A stretch of 64,000 bases of DNA from an uncultured candidate division Zixibacteria bacterium (GCA_963664195.1 OY760907.1:768001-832000), one strand, 5' to 3'; positions 26,775 to 37,750 are shown, counted from the stretch's first letter. Notes: generated by a model from the letters alone, not told the origin. Numbers and translations are program-made.

Positions 26775-28886
26775 TTATGATCTGGAAGCTTCGGCAGTAT
26801 GCGCCTCGATAGCCCTCTTCAGCAGATCGCATTTCCCTGTAACTTCGCGGGAGGCGTCAGTCGCTTGTGCTAGAAGCCTCTCGGCCCGCGTCTTCTCTGA
26901 AGCGTGGACGGCGGCAACACAATCATTAGCAAACTTGTGAACAGCAGCGTGCGACGATTCCGTATCCTTGAACTCAGCCAAGGAACCGTAATCTTCGATT
27001 CCGTCGGAGTAGTACCACTTACCGAAACGGCAGTTATGGTGATCGAATGTTTTCCAGGTAGAGACATCCCCTCCGCCACTGATGATCTTATCCAACTGCT
27101 TCATGTAGCGCCCGTGATCTTCTTTGGCCAACTGCAAAATGCCGGTGTTACCGCCGACTATCTTGAACTTGCCGACCATTGTGCGCATGTTTTCCGCATT
27201 GTGGCTGAGTTGATCGGCAGCGGACTGTTCCGCCCCGGAGGCGTTCTCTCGGGTCACCGACGCCACATACTCGATATTCTTTGAAATCTGTTCAGCCGCT
27301 ACCGATTGCTCCTCACTGGCGGTTGCTATCTGTTGGATCATATCCATGACACTCTGAGACATGTTCACCACTTCCTGAAGGCTGCCCCCTGCCTGATCGA
27401 CCAGCTCGCGACCCTTGTCGACCTCGGATACGCCTGACTCCATCGAATCGACCGCTCTGGAAGTTTCTTTCTGGATACCCTGGATCATGCCGGTAATCTC
27501 GCCGGTCGCTTTGCCGGTGCGCTCGGCCAACTTGCGGACCTCATCAGCCACAACGGCAAAACCACGCCCTTGTTCACCGGCACGGGCGGCCTCAATCGCA
27601 GCATTCAGAGCCAGTAAATTCGTCTGGTCAGCGATGTCGTCGATAACGCTGGTTATTTCGCCGATCTGATCGGCAGACTGTGCCAGCTTGCCGATGGAAC
27701 TTGCCGACTCACGAACGACCTCGGCTATGCGCTGCATGCCGGATATTGTGTCTGCTACTGCCTTACCGCCGACGGTGGCGGTGTCGGAAGCACTTCTCGA
27801 GGAATCGGAAGCATCACTGGCATTCCGTGAGGCCTCGACGATAGTGGATGACATTTGCTCAATGGCCGTAGATATCTGATCAACCTGCCCCGATTGATCC
27901 TTGGCTCCCCTGCTCATCTGCTCAGAGGACGCTGCAATCTCGGTCGCGGCAGACACGATTTCCCGGGAGTTGTCGGACAGCTCACGAACCATCGTATTCA
28001 GATTCTCGGTCATTCGGTTCATCGAGTCCGCCATGTGCCCTTTCGTCTCCAGGGTTGCGGCAATTGCACGTACCAGAATCCCTATTTCGTCTTTGGCCTC
28101 TGTCACGCCAATCTGAATATCAGTTCTGGGCACGTGCCTGGTAAGATCGTTATCAGCGATGGCATCCAGGACACTCTCGAATTCGGTGAACTCGTTTGTC
28201 ATCGATTTCGTAGCTTCCACCACTTGCGATACCGGCCTTACAATGTTCCGGGTGATCACTCAAGCCGCGGCAAGACCGATGACAAGACTGATGGTCACAA
28301 GAATCACCATCCAGTTGACCGTCGAGTCAATGTCATCCTTCACGTCAACCATCTGCTTTCCCGCATGATCCGCAAAGTGTTCCTCAAGTTTCCCCAGGAT
28401 CCCCTGTGTTTCGTTCAGGGCAACCGAGGTTTCCGTCTCGAAGATAGCAACGGCCTTCTGCACCGCCGCCGGGTCGGCGGCATCATAGACCTCATCGATT
28501 TCCGAGGCTGATTCGTGCAAGTGAGAGTGCGGCTTTTTTATGTCAGCCAGCAGGGCAGCAAGAGCGGGGTCGGCCGCCGCCTGAGATTGCGTCTCGGCAC
28601 TGTAGAGCCATTGGCCAAGGCCGCATTTGTGATCGTCCAACTGGACATCGACGTGGTTTACGTCTTCGTCGTAGAATAGCTGACACAGCCTGTTGGCCCA
28701 TTGCAGGTGATCAACCTCTTTCTCGATCATAAGGGACTTGTCCGCTTCGCAACCACCAATTGCGTGCAAATGCTCTTCCACGGATAGGAAAGCGGAATAA
28801 TTGAAATAGCTCGCGACCACGAATAGCAGCAAGACAATGGCGAATCCTACGCCCAACTTCTTTCCGATCTTGAGATTGGCAAACAT
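26775..28886 (-). pseudogene. methyl-accepting chemotaxis protein with two CZB domains, interrupted by an in-frame TGA at 28260-28262
   Basis: ORFs 28260-28886 and 26775-28259 are contiguous and in frame ([15 protein letters not shown]); signalling tip [40 protein letters not shown] motifs H...CGLGQW...H-x3-H and H...CRFGKWYY...H-x3-H. Confidence 0.8.
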
Positions 28887-28988
28887 AGAATAGCCTCCCA
28901 AAGAATCTAGCCCGTCTCCTATACTTCTGTTGTAGTGTGCCTGGGAGTCTCAAGATGAAGATCTTGTCGCGACCCCTCCCACAGATCA

Positions 28989-29015
28989 ATATCGGCTATC
29001 AGCAATCACGTTTTA
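28989..29015 (-). promoter_or_regulatory. sigma28 (FliA/SigD) promoter
   Basis: minus strand TAAA-N15-GCCGATAT, a consensus match upstream of an MCP gene. Confidence 0.8.
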
Positions 29016-29125
29016 GCACTCTATCTTCACAATGGACAACTAAGATATATTTTATCGGGAACTTCTGCCGCCGCTTGGTGAGAACAGTCCAGTTTCTGCA
29101 CATGTCGAGGGCACGATCGGCCACG

Positions 29126-29158
29126 AAAAAGGGCAGCCCGCGAAACGCGAGCTACCCT
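29126..29158 (-). terminator. intrinsic terminator of the Cache MCP gene
   Basis: hairpin GGGCAGCCCGCG-AAA-CGCGAGCTACCC preceded by A5. Confidence 0.6.
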
Positions 29159-29208
29159 CAAAGATGTACTATGTCCTGTTACTCACCCGGTGGGCAACAG
29201 CCTTACGA

Positions 29209-31329
29209 TCAGACGCGGAACTGCGACACCATATTCTTCAGGCTGTCGGCATTTCGACTCAGTTCCTCGGAGGCGGCGGCGGACTGCTCTGCGCCCTGTG
29301 CTGCCTCCTTGCTGACGGAGGAGATGTGATCGATGTTCCTGGTGATCTGCTCGGCAGCGACAGCCTGCTCTTCAGAGGCGGTCGCAATCTGCTGGATCAT
29401 GTCCATGACACGCTGTGACATCTCGACAACCTTGGAGAGATTGTCGCCGGCCTGATCGGCCAGTTCTCGGCCCTTATCGACTTCCGCGATACCTGCCTCC
29501 ATCGAGCCTACAGCTTCCTGTGTCTCGTTCTGGATGCCTTTGATCATGCCGGTGATTTCGCCAGTGGCCTTGCCGGTGCGCTCGGCCAGCTTGCGGACTT
29601 CATCAGCAACAACGGCAAAGCCTCTTCCCTGCTCACCGGCACGGGCGGCCTCGATGGCGGCGTTGAGAGCCAGCAGATTGGTCTGGTCGGCAATGTCATC
29701 GATTACTGTGATGATCTCGCCGATCTGGTCGGCAGACTGAGCCAGCTTGCCGATGGAGTCAGCAGACTCCCTTACCGTGGACGCGATCGTCTGCATTCCT
29801 GTAACGGTCTCCCCAACAATCATACCACCGTCAGTAGCAGTGTCAGAGGCGCCCTTGGAGATTTCATTTGCCTCGGCCGTGTTCTTGGCCTGCTCGGCGA
29901 TAGTCGCAGACATTTCTTCGACCGCCGCAGCCACCTGACTGACCTGCTGGGCCTGATCCTGGGCACCCTTTGAGGCCTCCTCGGAAGTGGAGGATATTTG
30001 GATGGCCGCAGATACCAGATCTTCGGTGCTGGCATTGATTTGCTGCACCATCTCCGTCAGGTTGAATACCATGGTCTTGAACGAGTGGCTGAGGGCGTCC
30101 TCGTCAGACTTCGGCTCAATCTGCACAGTCAGGTCCTTCGCAGCCACCACCGAGGCGGCGTCGGCCAGACCCTTCATGTAGTCAATCAGCTTCTGGAATG
30201 ACTTAGCCAGCGTTCCCACTTCATCGTTTGTCTTTATGTCTATTGACTGCTGAACGTCACCCACAGCGATCTTCTCCGCGACTTCGGATATCTTGATAAC
30301 CGGGCGCACTATAGTACGGGCCAGGAAGAACGCGACTGCGAGAGATATCAACAAACAGACAAAACCCAGCGTAACGATAGCGTTTCGGACTTGCGCAACC
30401 GGTGCTGTAAACTCGTCGAGGTAACTACCAGCAGCGATGATCCAATCCCAGTCTTTGACATACGTGTAGGCCACGATCTTGTCGCGAGGTTCGGTCTCGC
30501 CGAGAGCCGTGTTGATCCAGGGGTAGGTGATCCATCCGATTTCGCCGTCAGCAAGCTGCGGCGCTTTGGCGCATATTTCCTTGATAAAATCGTACTTGCT
30601 TATGTTTGAACCCTCACTGGCGGGGTGAACCTGGAGCACGCCGTCTGAGTCCATAGCATAAATGTACCCGGTCTCGCCGACTCTCTGGGCAAGAAGACCT
30701 GTACGCAAGACTTGTGATTCGGCCAGCTGGGCAATGCCCAAAACACCGACAACATTGTTTGATCCGTCGCGCAGAGGCTCATAGGCGGTCACATACCACG
30801 ATCCCAGGATCTGAGCACGACCGTAGAACGGCTGTCCTTTTCCCACGACCTGATCAAACACGTCTTGAGAGAGACTGGAACCAACAGCGCGTTCGCCGTC
30901 GTCCGACTTTGTAGTCGTGGCGATTCTCACCGCACGTGACCCATCTCTCATGAAAATCGACGCCATATTGCCCGTCGCACTCTTGATCTGATCGACGAAT
31001 TCGTGATTGTCGTTCAGTACGACAGCGCCGCCATCGGCTTCATACTGCATCTGTCCGTTGGACAGACTGATGGAACCGGAGGTGATTTCCTGAAGCAGAC
31101 TTGACGAAGTGGCCAGATCTGATTTCAGCTTGAATTGAACTTCCTCGGCGTTTACCTGACACGTTTTCTGCGCCATTGCGGCCAAGTGGGCCAGATCTGT
31201 CTTGGCCAACTCGACCAGGTGTGTCTCCGACTGGGATACGCTGATGAAGGCGACCCCGGCAATGGATAGCACGAGCACTGAAAAAATCAGTAGCATTATT
31301 TTGTGAGTAAGTTTCAGTTGCAGTTTCAT
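29209..31329 (-). CDS. methyl-accepting chemotaxis protein with periplasmic Cache domains and HAMP
   Basis: TM1; Cache_3-like segment ([10 protein letters not shown]); VGETGYIY...VHP...WDWII; TM2; HAMP (DEVGTLA); MCP signalling domain. Confidence 0.95.
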   Translation of the reverse strand: MKLQLKLTHKIMLLIFSVLVLSIAGVAFISVSQSETHLVELAKTDLAHLAAMAQKTCQVNAEEVQFKLKSDLATSSSLLQEITSGSISLSNGQMQYEADGGAVVLNDNHEFVDQIKSATGNMASIFMRDGSRAVRIATTTKSDDGERAVGSSLSQDVFDQVVGKGQPFYGRAQILGSWYVTAYEPLRDGSNNVVGVLGIAQLAESQVLRTGLLAQRVGETGYIYAMDSDGVLQVHPASEGSNISKYDFIKEICAKAPQLADGEIGWITYPWINTALGETEPRDKIVAYTYVKDWDWIIAAGSYLDEFTAPVAQVRNAIVTLGFVCLLISLAVAFFLARTIVRPVIKISEVAEKIAVGDVQQSIDIKTNDEVGTLAKSFQKLIDYMKGLADAASVVAAKDLTVQIEPKSDEDALSHSFKTMVFNLTEMVQQINASTEDLVSAAIQISSTSEEASKGAQDQAQQVSQVAAAVEEMSATIAEQAKNTAEANEISKGASDTATDGGMIVGETVTGMQTIASTVRESADSIGKLAQSADQIGEIITVIDDIADQTNLLALNAAIEAARAGEQGRGFAVVADEVRKLAERTGKATGEITGMIKGIQNETQEAVGSMEAGIAEVDKGRELADQAGDNLSKVVEMSQRVMDMIQQIATASEEQAVAAEQITRNIDHISSVSKEAAQGAEQSAAASEELSRNADSLKNMVSQFRV

Positions 31330-31967
31330 GCCTGCCCTTCCTTTGCTTGACCGAACCACGGAGTAAGTTACTGTTTATGAAATATGGTATCTCAGCAGCA
31401 AATACGCCAATGTCTCAGCCCCTCTCTATTTCGATTCACTTGTATTGTCGCGTTGCATGTCCGCCGTTCCCGTGTGACCACTGACGGCGGAAATATCAAT
31501 TCCTGATACTTTTGACACGCCTCTTTTGCCCCGGCCCCTCAGGCCCTGCAAGCGCCGTATGCTACACGGCATTTCCGATTGTGTGGGCCCATACAATTTG
31601 GAATGTGAGATACATAGTTGCTGATCGAGCCCCTTCGCGTATGTGTTCTATTGTCGGTTGATTGGGAATCGGAATTCACTGATGAAGAGGCGAATTCGCT
31701 GTTGGTGTACCGAAAACGAGATTCCAGAGAACCGGAAGGAGAGTCTCAATGAGACTTTTAGTATGCTGGCTGCACGGCCTCACCAGAGAGACCGGTGCCG
31801 AGTGTGACAATTGTCGTTGACTGGCAATCGATTAGTCGGAGAATCAAGCGGAATGGGACCGATCCTACGTAACATAGACCGGCTATGTTCAGCGACTGAA
31901 CATACTCTGCGACCAAATCATACCGGCCAGTAGGTCATCCTGAAATGTGTCCGCAACAGCAGGCAGA

Positions 31968-34469
31968 CTACTCTTCCTGCCATTGCAGGACCAATCCCTC
32001 GTATCTATCGATCAGCGTCTGAGTATCCTCTTTGGAATGGGACTCCGCAAGGATATTGAAGGAGGCTCTGAGCCTGTCGGGGACAACATACACCCAGCCG
32101 CCGTCTTCCTTAATGCGGACACCGTCGACCATCTGTCGTTCCCTGTTTGCGGATTCAGTTATCAGGTGTCTCATCACCGTTCCTTTCCTGGCCCAGGGGC
32201 AGGGGACAGAGGTGGTCTGCCTGATATAGTGCTCGTATTTCTTGCGGAAATCTGCGACATCACGACCGTCTCGGGCGAGCATCTCAAAAATCCTGACCGC
32301 TGCAACAATACCGTCGGCTCCTGTCTGGAACCCGGGGAATATGAACCCGCCTCTCGTTCCCCCTACAAACGAAACACCGCCATCGCGACGGATGTCCATC
32401 ATCGCCTGATGGTCGCCTCCGACCCGGACAACCTCAACGCCGTGCTCGGCAGCTATCTCTTCAACGCCCATCGAAGCGCCGATAGGCACTGCGATCCGCG
32501 CCGGACGGTGCCCTTTGAGGAATAACTCGGTAACCATCAACAGCAATGTCTGTTCATCAAGCGGCACTCCCTGACGATCGACCAGAGTTAGTTTCTCGGT
32601 AGCTGCGTTGATTCGGATACCGAGGTCGGCATTCAGCGAGCGAACGATAGTCGATAACTGCACGATAGCCTGCGCACGTTCTTCATGAGTCACGGAGCAT
32701 TTGTGCGCCGAGGGATTCGCATTCAATTCCGTCACCGAAATTCCGAGCTTGGTGAACAGCATCGGGTAGACCTGGGAAGAGGAACCAAAGGCGTAGTCAA
32801 CGACGGCCTTGAAACCGGCTTTTCTAATGAGGTCCACATCGACCGAGGCTAAAAACTCGTCCTGATAATCCTCCAGTACCCGCTGCGGATAATCCAGATG
32901 ACCAATGTCATCAATGGAGGCCCGTTCATAATCCTCGCCAAAATAGTTTCTCTCAAGCTTTTTGAGTTTGGCCGTCGGCATGTCAAGTCCTGAGCCGTGG
33001 AAGAAAATGAAATCGAGTTGACGGTAGTCCTCGGGGTTATGTCGCACGTATATGCCGGCGTCGTACCGTCCTTTGGAAAGCGCGTATCTGACCACCGGGA
33101 CAGGCATGGTCTCAAGGTCAGAGACATGAACGCCAGCCGCAAGGAGTCCGGAGATGAGAGAACGCCGCAGAAGACGAGTGACATCGGAGGCATCGCGGCT
33201 GGTGACCACTGCCGACCCGGCACCCAGTGCCGCGCCGAAAGCTGCCCCCAGACGCACGCCCATTTCAGGTGTGATCTCTGTCATCGCAAGTCCGGATATC
33301 TTGGAGTCGGTGCAGAGCTCGCGGTTCCATTTCTCGCCCCAGACCAGCGAGGCAGATACGATTGCCCCGTCGTCGACCGTCTTGCTCGGCCATATTTTGC
33401 AGTTGGCTTTAACAGTGGCAAAGTTACCGATTGTGCAGTCATCAGAAACAATAGCGTTATCCAGCAACTGAACATCGTTACCCAGTCGTGCCCCGGCGCA
33501 AACAATCGCGCTTGAGAAACGACAGCCGTTGCCAACGGTAGTGTCCGCCCAGAGTACGGTATCACGGAGATCGCACTCCCTGCCGATTCGTGAGCGGGCG
33601 CCAATTGAACAATTGTGAAGATGGGTGCCGTCGTCAATACGGACGTCGTCACCGAGAATCACAGTACCGGTAAACTCGACACCTTCGCCGACTTGTAGAT
33701 TGTTTCCCTGATGAACGGTCCCTTCTCCTATGTTGGCCTTCCTCACCTTCAGATCAAGATGAAGCTGTTCTTCGAAGATGTGTCGGTGGACACGGTAATA
33801 CTCGTCGACATTGCCGACGTCCTTCCAGTAGCCATCCATAATCTTGCCGCAGAGCTTCATCCCTTTTGCCAGCATCAACGGATACAAGTCTTGGGAGAAG
33901 TCAAAATTGGTGTGCTCGGGAATCAACCGGGCCGCTTCCGGCTCCAGAATATAGATTCCGGTGTTGATCGTATCGGAAAACGCCTCACCCCAGGTCGGTT
34001 TTTCGAGGAAGCGTACGATACGCCCGGTTTCGTCGGTGATCACGATGCCGTAGGCAATCGGATTCTCGATGCGCGTGAGCAGAATGGTGGCATCCGCCTC
34101 TTTCGATTTGTGCCACTCGATAGCTTCTTTGAGATCAAAATCAGTTATGACATCACCGGAGATAATCAGCACAGGTTCATCCGGTTCACCCATAGCGTAG
34201 CGGACAGCGCCGGCGGTACCGTAATCATCGTCAGGCTGGGCGTAGGCCATGGAGATTCCGAATTTCGCCCCGTCAAGGAAGTAGCTGCGGATGATCTCCG
34301 GCTGGAAATACAATAGCGACGTGACATCCGTAAGCCCACTCCCGGCCAACAGCCCGACCACATGTTCCATCATGGGGATATTTCCGATGGGAACCATCGG
34401 TTTGGGAGTGTTGATTGTCAGGGGGCGAAGCCTGGTACCAAAGCCGCCGGCCATCACGATCGCTTTCAC
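31968..34469 (-). CDS. mannose-1-phosphate guanylyltransferase fused to LbH and phosphomannomutase-like domains
   Basis: MAGGFGTRLRPLT-PKPM, FLEKP and YWKDVG motifs; hexapeptide repeats; C-terminal PGM/PMM fold. Confidence 0.9.
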   Translation of the reverse strand: MKAIVMAGGFGTRLRPLTINTPKPMVPIGNIPMMEHVVGLLAGSGLTDVTSLLYFQPEIIRSYFLDGAKFGISMAYAQPDDDYGTAGAVRYAMGEPDEPVLIISGDVITDFDLKEAIEWHKSKEADATILLTRIENPIAYGIVITDETGRIVRFLEKPTWGEAFSDTINTGIYILEPEAARLIPEHTNFDFSQDLYPLMLAKGMKLCGKIMDGYWKDVGNVDEYYRVHRHIFEEQLHLDLKVRKANIGEGTVHQGNNLQVGEGVEFTGTVILGDDVRIDDGTHLHNCSIGARSRIGRECDLRDTVLWADTTVGNGCRFSSAIVCAGARLGNDVQLLDNAIVSDDCTIGNFATVKANCKIWPSKTVDDGAIVSASLVWGEKWNRELCTDSKISGLAMTEITPEMGVRLGAAFGAALGAGSAVVTSRDASDVTRLLRRSLISGLLAAGVHVSDLETMPVPVVRYALSKGRYDAGIYVRHNPEDYRQLDFIFFHGSGLDMPTAKLKKLERNYFGEDYERASIDDIGHLDYPQRVLEDYQDEFLASVDVDLIRKAGFKAVVDYAFGSSSQVYPMLFTKLGISVTELNANPSAHKCSVTHEERAQAIVQLSTIVRSLNADLGIRINAATEKLTLVDRQGVPLDEQTLLLMVTELFLKGHRPARIAVPIGASMGVEEIAAEHGVEVVRVGGDHQAMMDIRRDGGVSFVGGTRGGFIFPGFQTGADGIVAAVRIFEMLARDGRDVADFRKKYEHYIRQTTSVPCPWARKGTVMRHLITESANRERQMVDGVRIKEDGGWVYVVPDRLRASFNILAESHSKEDTQTLIDRYEGLVLQWQEE

Positions 34470-34496
34470 AGCTCAATTCCTTTGAATATGTTATGT

Positions 34497-35165
34497 TCAC
34501 ACGGTCAGGAAACCTGCCGCACTCAGTCGACTCGCTATATCACTAAATGTCTCATACGAGTTGTAGGGAATGTCATTGTCCCGACAATACACTTCGAGGT
34601 CTTTCTTGGCAAACACGAGATCCGCCTCCCTGGCGGCACAGGCGTCGGAGTAGCCGTCGCCGACAAACACCATGATCGTACCTTCGGTGAACACCTTGCG
34701 ATATTCGCGAATTCGTTCTCCCTTGCAACTGCCGCAGCTTTTGCAGTCATGGTTGGTATAGGGAAACTCGATACGAAGACCGTCATTCTCCAGATATCCC
34801 TTGTTGCAGACTACTTTTATGAATCCCAACCCGCTGCGTCCGAGGATTTGATGGATATACAGATCCAGACCCTCGGATACTATTGTCAGCGGTACGCCCG
34901 CTCCTCGACACCGCCATTCAAACTCTAAGAACGTCTCATCTATGGTGAACTGTTCCAAAAATTCGAGAATCTCAACCGACGAGGCGTGCACCATTTCAGC
35001 TTCTTTGACCAGCACCTCCCGGCTTGAGAGTATGCCGGCCTTCCAATCGGGAAGCAGCTCATCGTTACGACCACCTGAGAAATGGTGAAACATATTGTAG
35101 CCCACATCGTGGGCGGCGACTGTTCCGTCAAAGTCGCAGAAGACGGCTATTTTGTTGGTACTCAT
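34497..35165 (-). CDS. MtnX-like HAD-IB phosphatase
   Basis: FCDFDGT, VSEG, C-x2-CGSCK, GDGYSD and VFAK motifs. Confidence 0.88.
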   Translation of the reverse strand: MSTNKIAVFCDFDGTVAAHDVGYNMFHHFSGGRNDELLPDWKAGILSSREVLVKEAEMVHASSVEILEFLEQFTIDETFLEFEWRCRGAGVPLTIVSEGLDLYIHQILGRSGLGFIKVVCNKGYLENDGLRIEFPYTNHDCKSCGSCKGERIREYRKVFTEGTIMVFVGDGYSDACAAREADLVFAKKDLEVYCRDNDIPYNSYETFSDIASRLSAAGFLTV

Positions 35166-35337
35166 CAAACAGATTTCGTCATTTAGTTGTTTCGGATCAC
35201 ACAGGAGCAATATACGCGTTGCCTGCCCCAGAGCATCGTAAAAACCGGGCTGTTGTCATCAAAAATCGGAAACAACTGTCGTTTTCCGGGGATGTCGCAG
35301 TTGTATTAGTCGATTCCTGACACTCTGATAGCACTAT

Positions 35338-36924
35338 CTAAAAACCACTGGCACGGTCCGCTTTGAGAACCTCAGCGGCAAACCTTATGTCCGGTCTGTA
35401 CGGGACAATTGCTCGTTGATACGCAGCTCTTCCGCCCCCCTGATGTTCCCAGGCAATTTCCTCGAGCCGCATCTTGATATAATCCCCGTAGTGAATGAAC
35501 TCATTGATATCATCCTCGTGCGCCAACTCGCTGATATCTTCGCAGACAGCGCGTGTCTCAGATTCGTTTTCACTTAAACGGGCTATCTCAAGTAGAAACA
35601 CGGCCGCCTCGGTCACGGGAGACACATACTGGAATTGTTCGGACCAGGCATACTCGCGAAATCGCGCTACCCACAGGTCATCAAGTTCATCTTCTCCGGA
35701 AGCCTCGACAATCTCTTCGCTGTGAAAGTTTCCGAATTGGTTCAGCAAACGAGAGTACTCAAGAGTCAGCGGAAAAGCCTCGTGATCGACAAACTTCAGC
35801 ACATAGTCCGGCACCAGACCGTGGCCGACATCCTCAAGCACGGAATCGAATTCGTTGAGATAGATGCCCCCCTCGAGATAATACCTCGATACGGTCAAAC
35901 GAAGCGCACCACCATCGACTAACCGCGTGAATCCCTGTACCAAACCTTTGCCGAAAGTAGTATCCCCAACCAGCACCGCCCGGTTAAGCTGCTGAAGAGA
36001 ACCGGCGACAATCTCAGCGGACGAGGCCGACCCGCCGTCAACAATCACGGCCATGGGCAACCCGCCAGTGATGTCAGAGCCGGTCGAGTAATGCTCCTCC
36101 TCGTTCCACACCGACCTGCCCCTGGTCCCGACAATGAACTGGCCGCCGTCGAGGAACAAATTGGCGGTTCGGTATGCCTCCTGGAACAGCCCGCCCGGGT
36201 TTTCACGGAGATCGAGCACCACCCCCTGCGGCGTGATTTCCTCCGAAGATATGAGCGAGTCAAGGGCAGCCTCGAGGTCGTCGGAGGCACCGGCATCGAA
36301 ATCAAGCATACGCACATAGATCATGCTGTCCGCAGTGAATCCGGCATAGGGAACATGGACGAGATTGATCCGGCGTCTTGTGATATCTACGTCCAGCGTA
36401 TCACCGCTGCTGGGACGGAATACAAGTGCGTTGAGTTTGGTCCCCTCCATCCCCCGTATGTATGCCGTTGCGTCCGCTGCCGAAAGTCCCTTGAGATCGG
36501 TTGAGTCGGCCCGAATTATGATGTCCCCCGTGAGCATCCCAGCTTCATCTGCCGGACCATCTTCACGCACTGAAATCACCAGCAGACCACGGCCGTTTTC
36601 CACAACAGTCACGCCGATTCCGGTGTACCGGCCCGTCATTTCCTCGTTAATACGGCCGAACTGCTCCGCGTTGTGATAAGTGGAAAATCTGTCCAGCCGG
36701 TCGAAAATGGCGTCAATGCCGCTATCAAGCAGTCGGTCCCAGTCAACGTCGTCTCTGTAGACGCGATCAATGCCGATTGCCACCCGGGTGAGGCGAAACG
36801 TCTCGTGCAAGTCATCATCCGCCAGCACATAAACCGCCACACCACCTGATATGAGCACAATCAGAAACATGAAAATCACAGAAAGGAGAATGTAGCGCCG
36901 CTCAGGGATTTGAGAAGACATCAC
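35338..36924 (-). CDS. S41 carboxy-terminal processing protease with PDZ domain
   Basis: GIGV PDZ loop, LDLRENPGG, SASSAEI (catalytic Ser) and TFGKG (catalytic Lys). Confidence 0.93.
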   Translation of the reverse strand: MMSSQIPERRYILLSVIFMFLIVLISGGVAVYVLADDDLHETFRLTRVAIGIDRVYRDDVDWDRLLDSGIDAIFDRLDRFSTYHNAEQFGRINEEMTGRYTGIGVTVVENGRGLLVISVREDGPADEAGMLTGDIIIRADSTDLKGLSAADATAYIRGMEGTKLNALVFRPSSGDTLDVDITRRRINLVHVPYAGFTADSMIYVRMLDFDAGASDDLEAALDSLISSEEITPQGVVLDLRENPGGLFQEAYRTANLFLDGGQFIVGTRGRSVWNEEEHYSTGSDITGGLPMAVIVDGGSASSAEIVAGSLQQLNRAVLVGDTTFGKGLVQGFTRLVDGGALRLTVSRYYLEGGIYLNEFDSVLEDVGHGLVPDYVLKFVDHEAFPLTLEYSRLLNQFGNFHSEEIVEASGEDELDDLWVARFREYAWSEQFQYVSPVTEAAVFLLEIARLSENESETRAVCEDISELAHEDDINEFIHYGDYIKMRLEEIAWEHQGGGRAAYQRAIVPYRPDIRFAAEVLKADRASGF

Positions 36925-37565
36925 TTCGCTCCCATCCTCTGAGCCAGCAGCCTCTTGACATCGGCGAATATCTCATCGACAGACCCCAGGGCGTCGATCA
37001 CTCTCACCCGGTCGCTCTCTTCGGCGGCGATTTGCAGAAAACCTCTACGGACCCGCTCGAAAAACGCACGCGATTGCGACTCCAGACGGTCAGGCTCATT
37101 ACCACGACGCGAAAATGCCGTATCCAGATCAACATCGAAAACCATTGTCAAGTCTGGCGTGATCTCCCCCACCGCAACCTTATGCAACTGCTTGATCATG
37201 GCGATATCGAGTTGCCGTCCGTACCCCTGATATGCGGTGGTGCTATCGTAGAACCGGTCGCACAGGACGATCTGTCCGGCTTCAAGCAAGGGCCGAATCT
37301 CGCGCTCAGTGATTTCGCTGCGAGCGGCCTCGTAGAGAAGAAGCTCAGTGGTATCTGTGAGCGAGGAATCATTGCTCAGTAGAATATCACGAATCTTCTC
37401 AGACACCGGCGTCGATCCCGGTTCGCGGAGTTTAGTAACAGTGTACCCCAGCGAAATCAGATGGTCATGCGCCCTGTCCAACTGCGTAGTCTTGCCGCAA
37501 CCGTCGATACCCTCGAAGGTCACGAAGAGGCCGCGTTTATTTTGCGAGTTCTGTGTCATTACCAT
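36921..37565 (-). CDS. tmk: thymidylate kinase
   Basis: FEGIDGCGKTT, REPG and CDRFYDSTTAYQG motifs; start codon uncertain (37565 or 37559). Confidence 0.96.
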   Translation of the reverse strand: MVMTQNSQNKRGLFVTFEGIDGCGKTTQLDRAHDHLISLGYTVTKLREPGSTPVSEKIRDILLSNDSSLTDTTELLLYEAARSEITEREIRPLLEAGQIVLCDRFYDSTTAYQGYGRQLDIAMIKQLHKVAVGEITPDLTMVFDVDLDTAFSRRGNEPDRLESQSRAFFERVRRGFLQIAAEESDRVRVIDALGSVDEIFADVKRLLAQRMGAK

Positions 37566-37568
37566 AGA

Positions 37569-37750
37569 GTCGAAACCGCAGGACAACGATGTTACGTGGG
37601 TTTCGACCTACTACTGTCTCATTTCCGTTGATGTCGAAACCGCAGGGGTTTCGACCTACTACTTACGGATGTTGTAGGGCGGGTCCGTCCGCGAGCCCAC
37701 CGGGGATGTCGAAACTACAGGACAACATGGTTGCGCCGAGCTCGACCTGC
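37569..37750 (-). repeat. cluster of REP family A palindromes (37569-37611, 37633-37659, 37708-37750) plus a GTAGGGCGGGTC REP at 37674
   Basis: GTCGAAAC-loop-GTTTCGAC-CTAC repeated; the 37674 element matches 14537. Confidence 0.8.

Noticed and set aside
28260..28262. Selenocysteine or genetic-code reassignment at the in-frame TGA
   Set aside because: TGA ends many intact genes here (e.g. 398-400, 46620-46622, 57377-57379); the position is a Trp-type membrane-interface site, not a catalytic Cys; no convincing SECIS follows
27480..29760. Near-identical DNA blocks at about 27480-27700 and 29530-29760
   Set aside because: They are the conserved signalling tips of two adjacent MCP paralogues
37569..37750. 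Possible mini-CRISPR array (three GTCGAAAC repeats)
   Set aside because: Repeats are hairpins with variable loops and irregular spacing, the same unit occurs singly elsewhere, and there are no cas genes; REP elements explain it better
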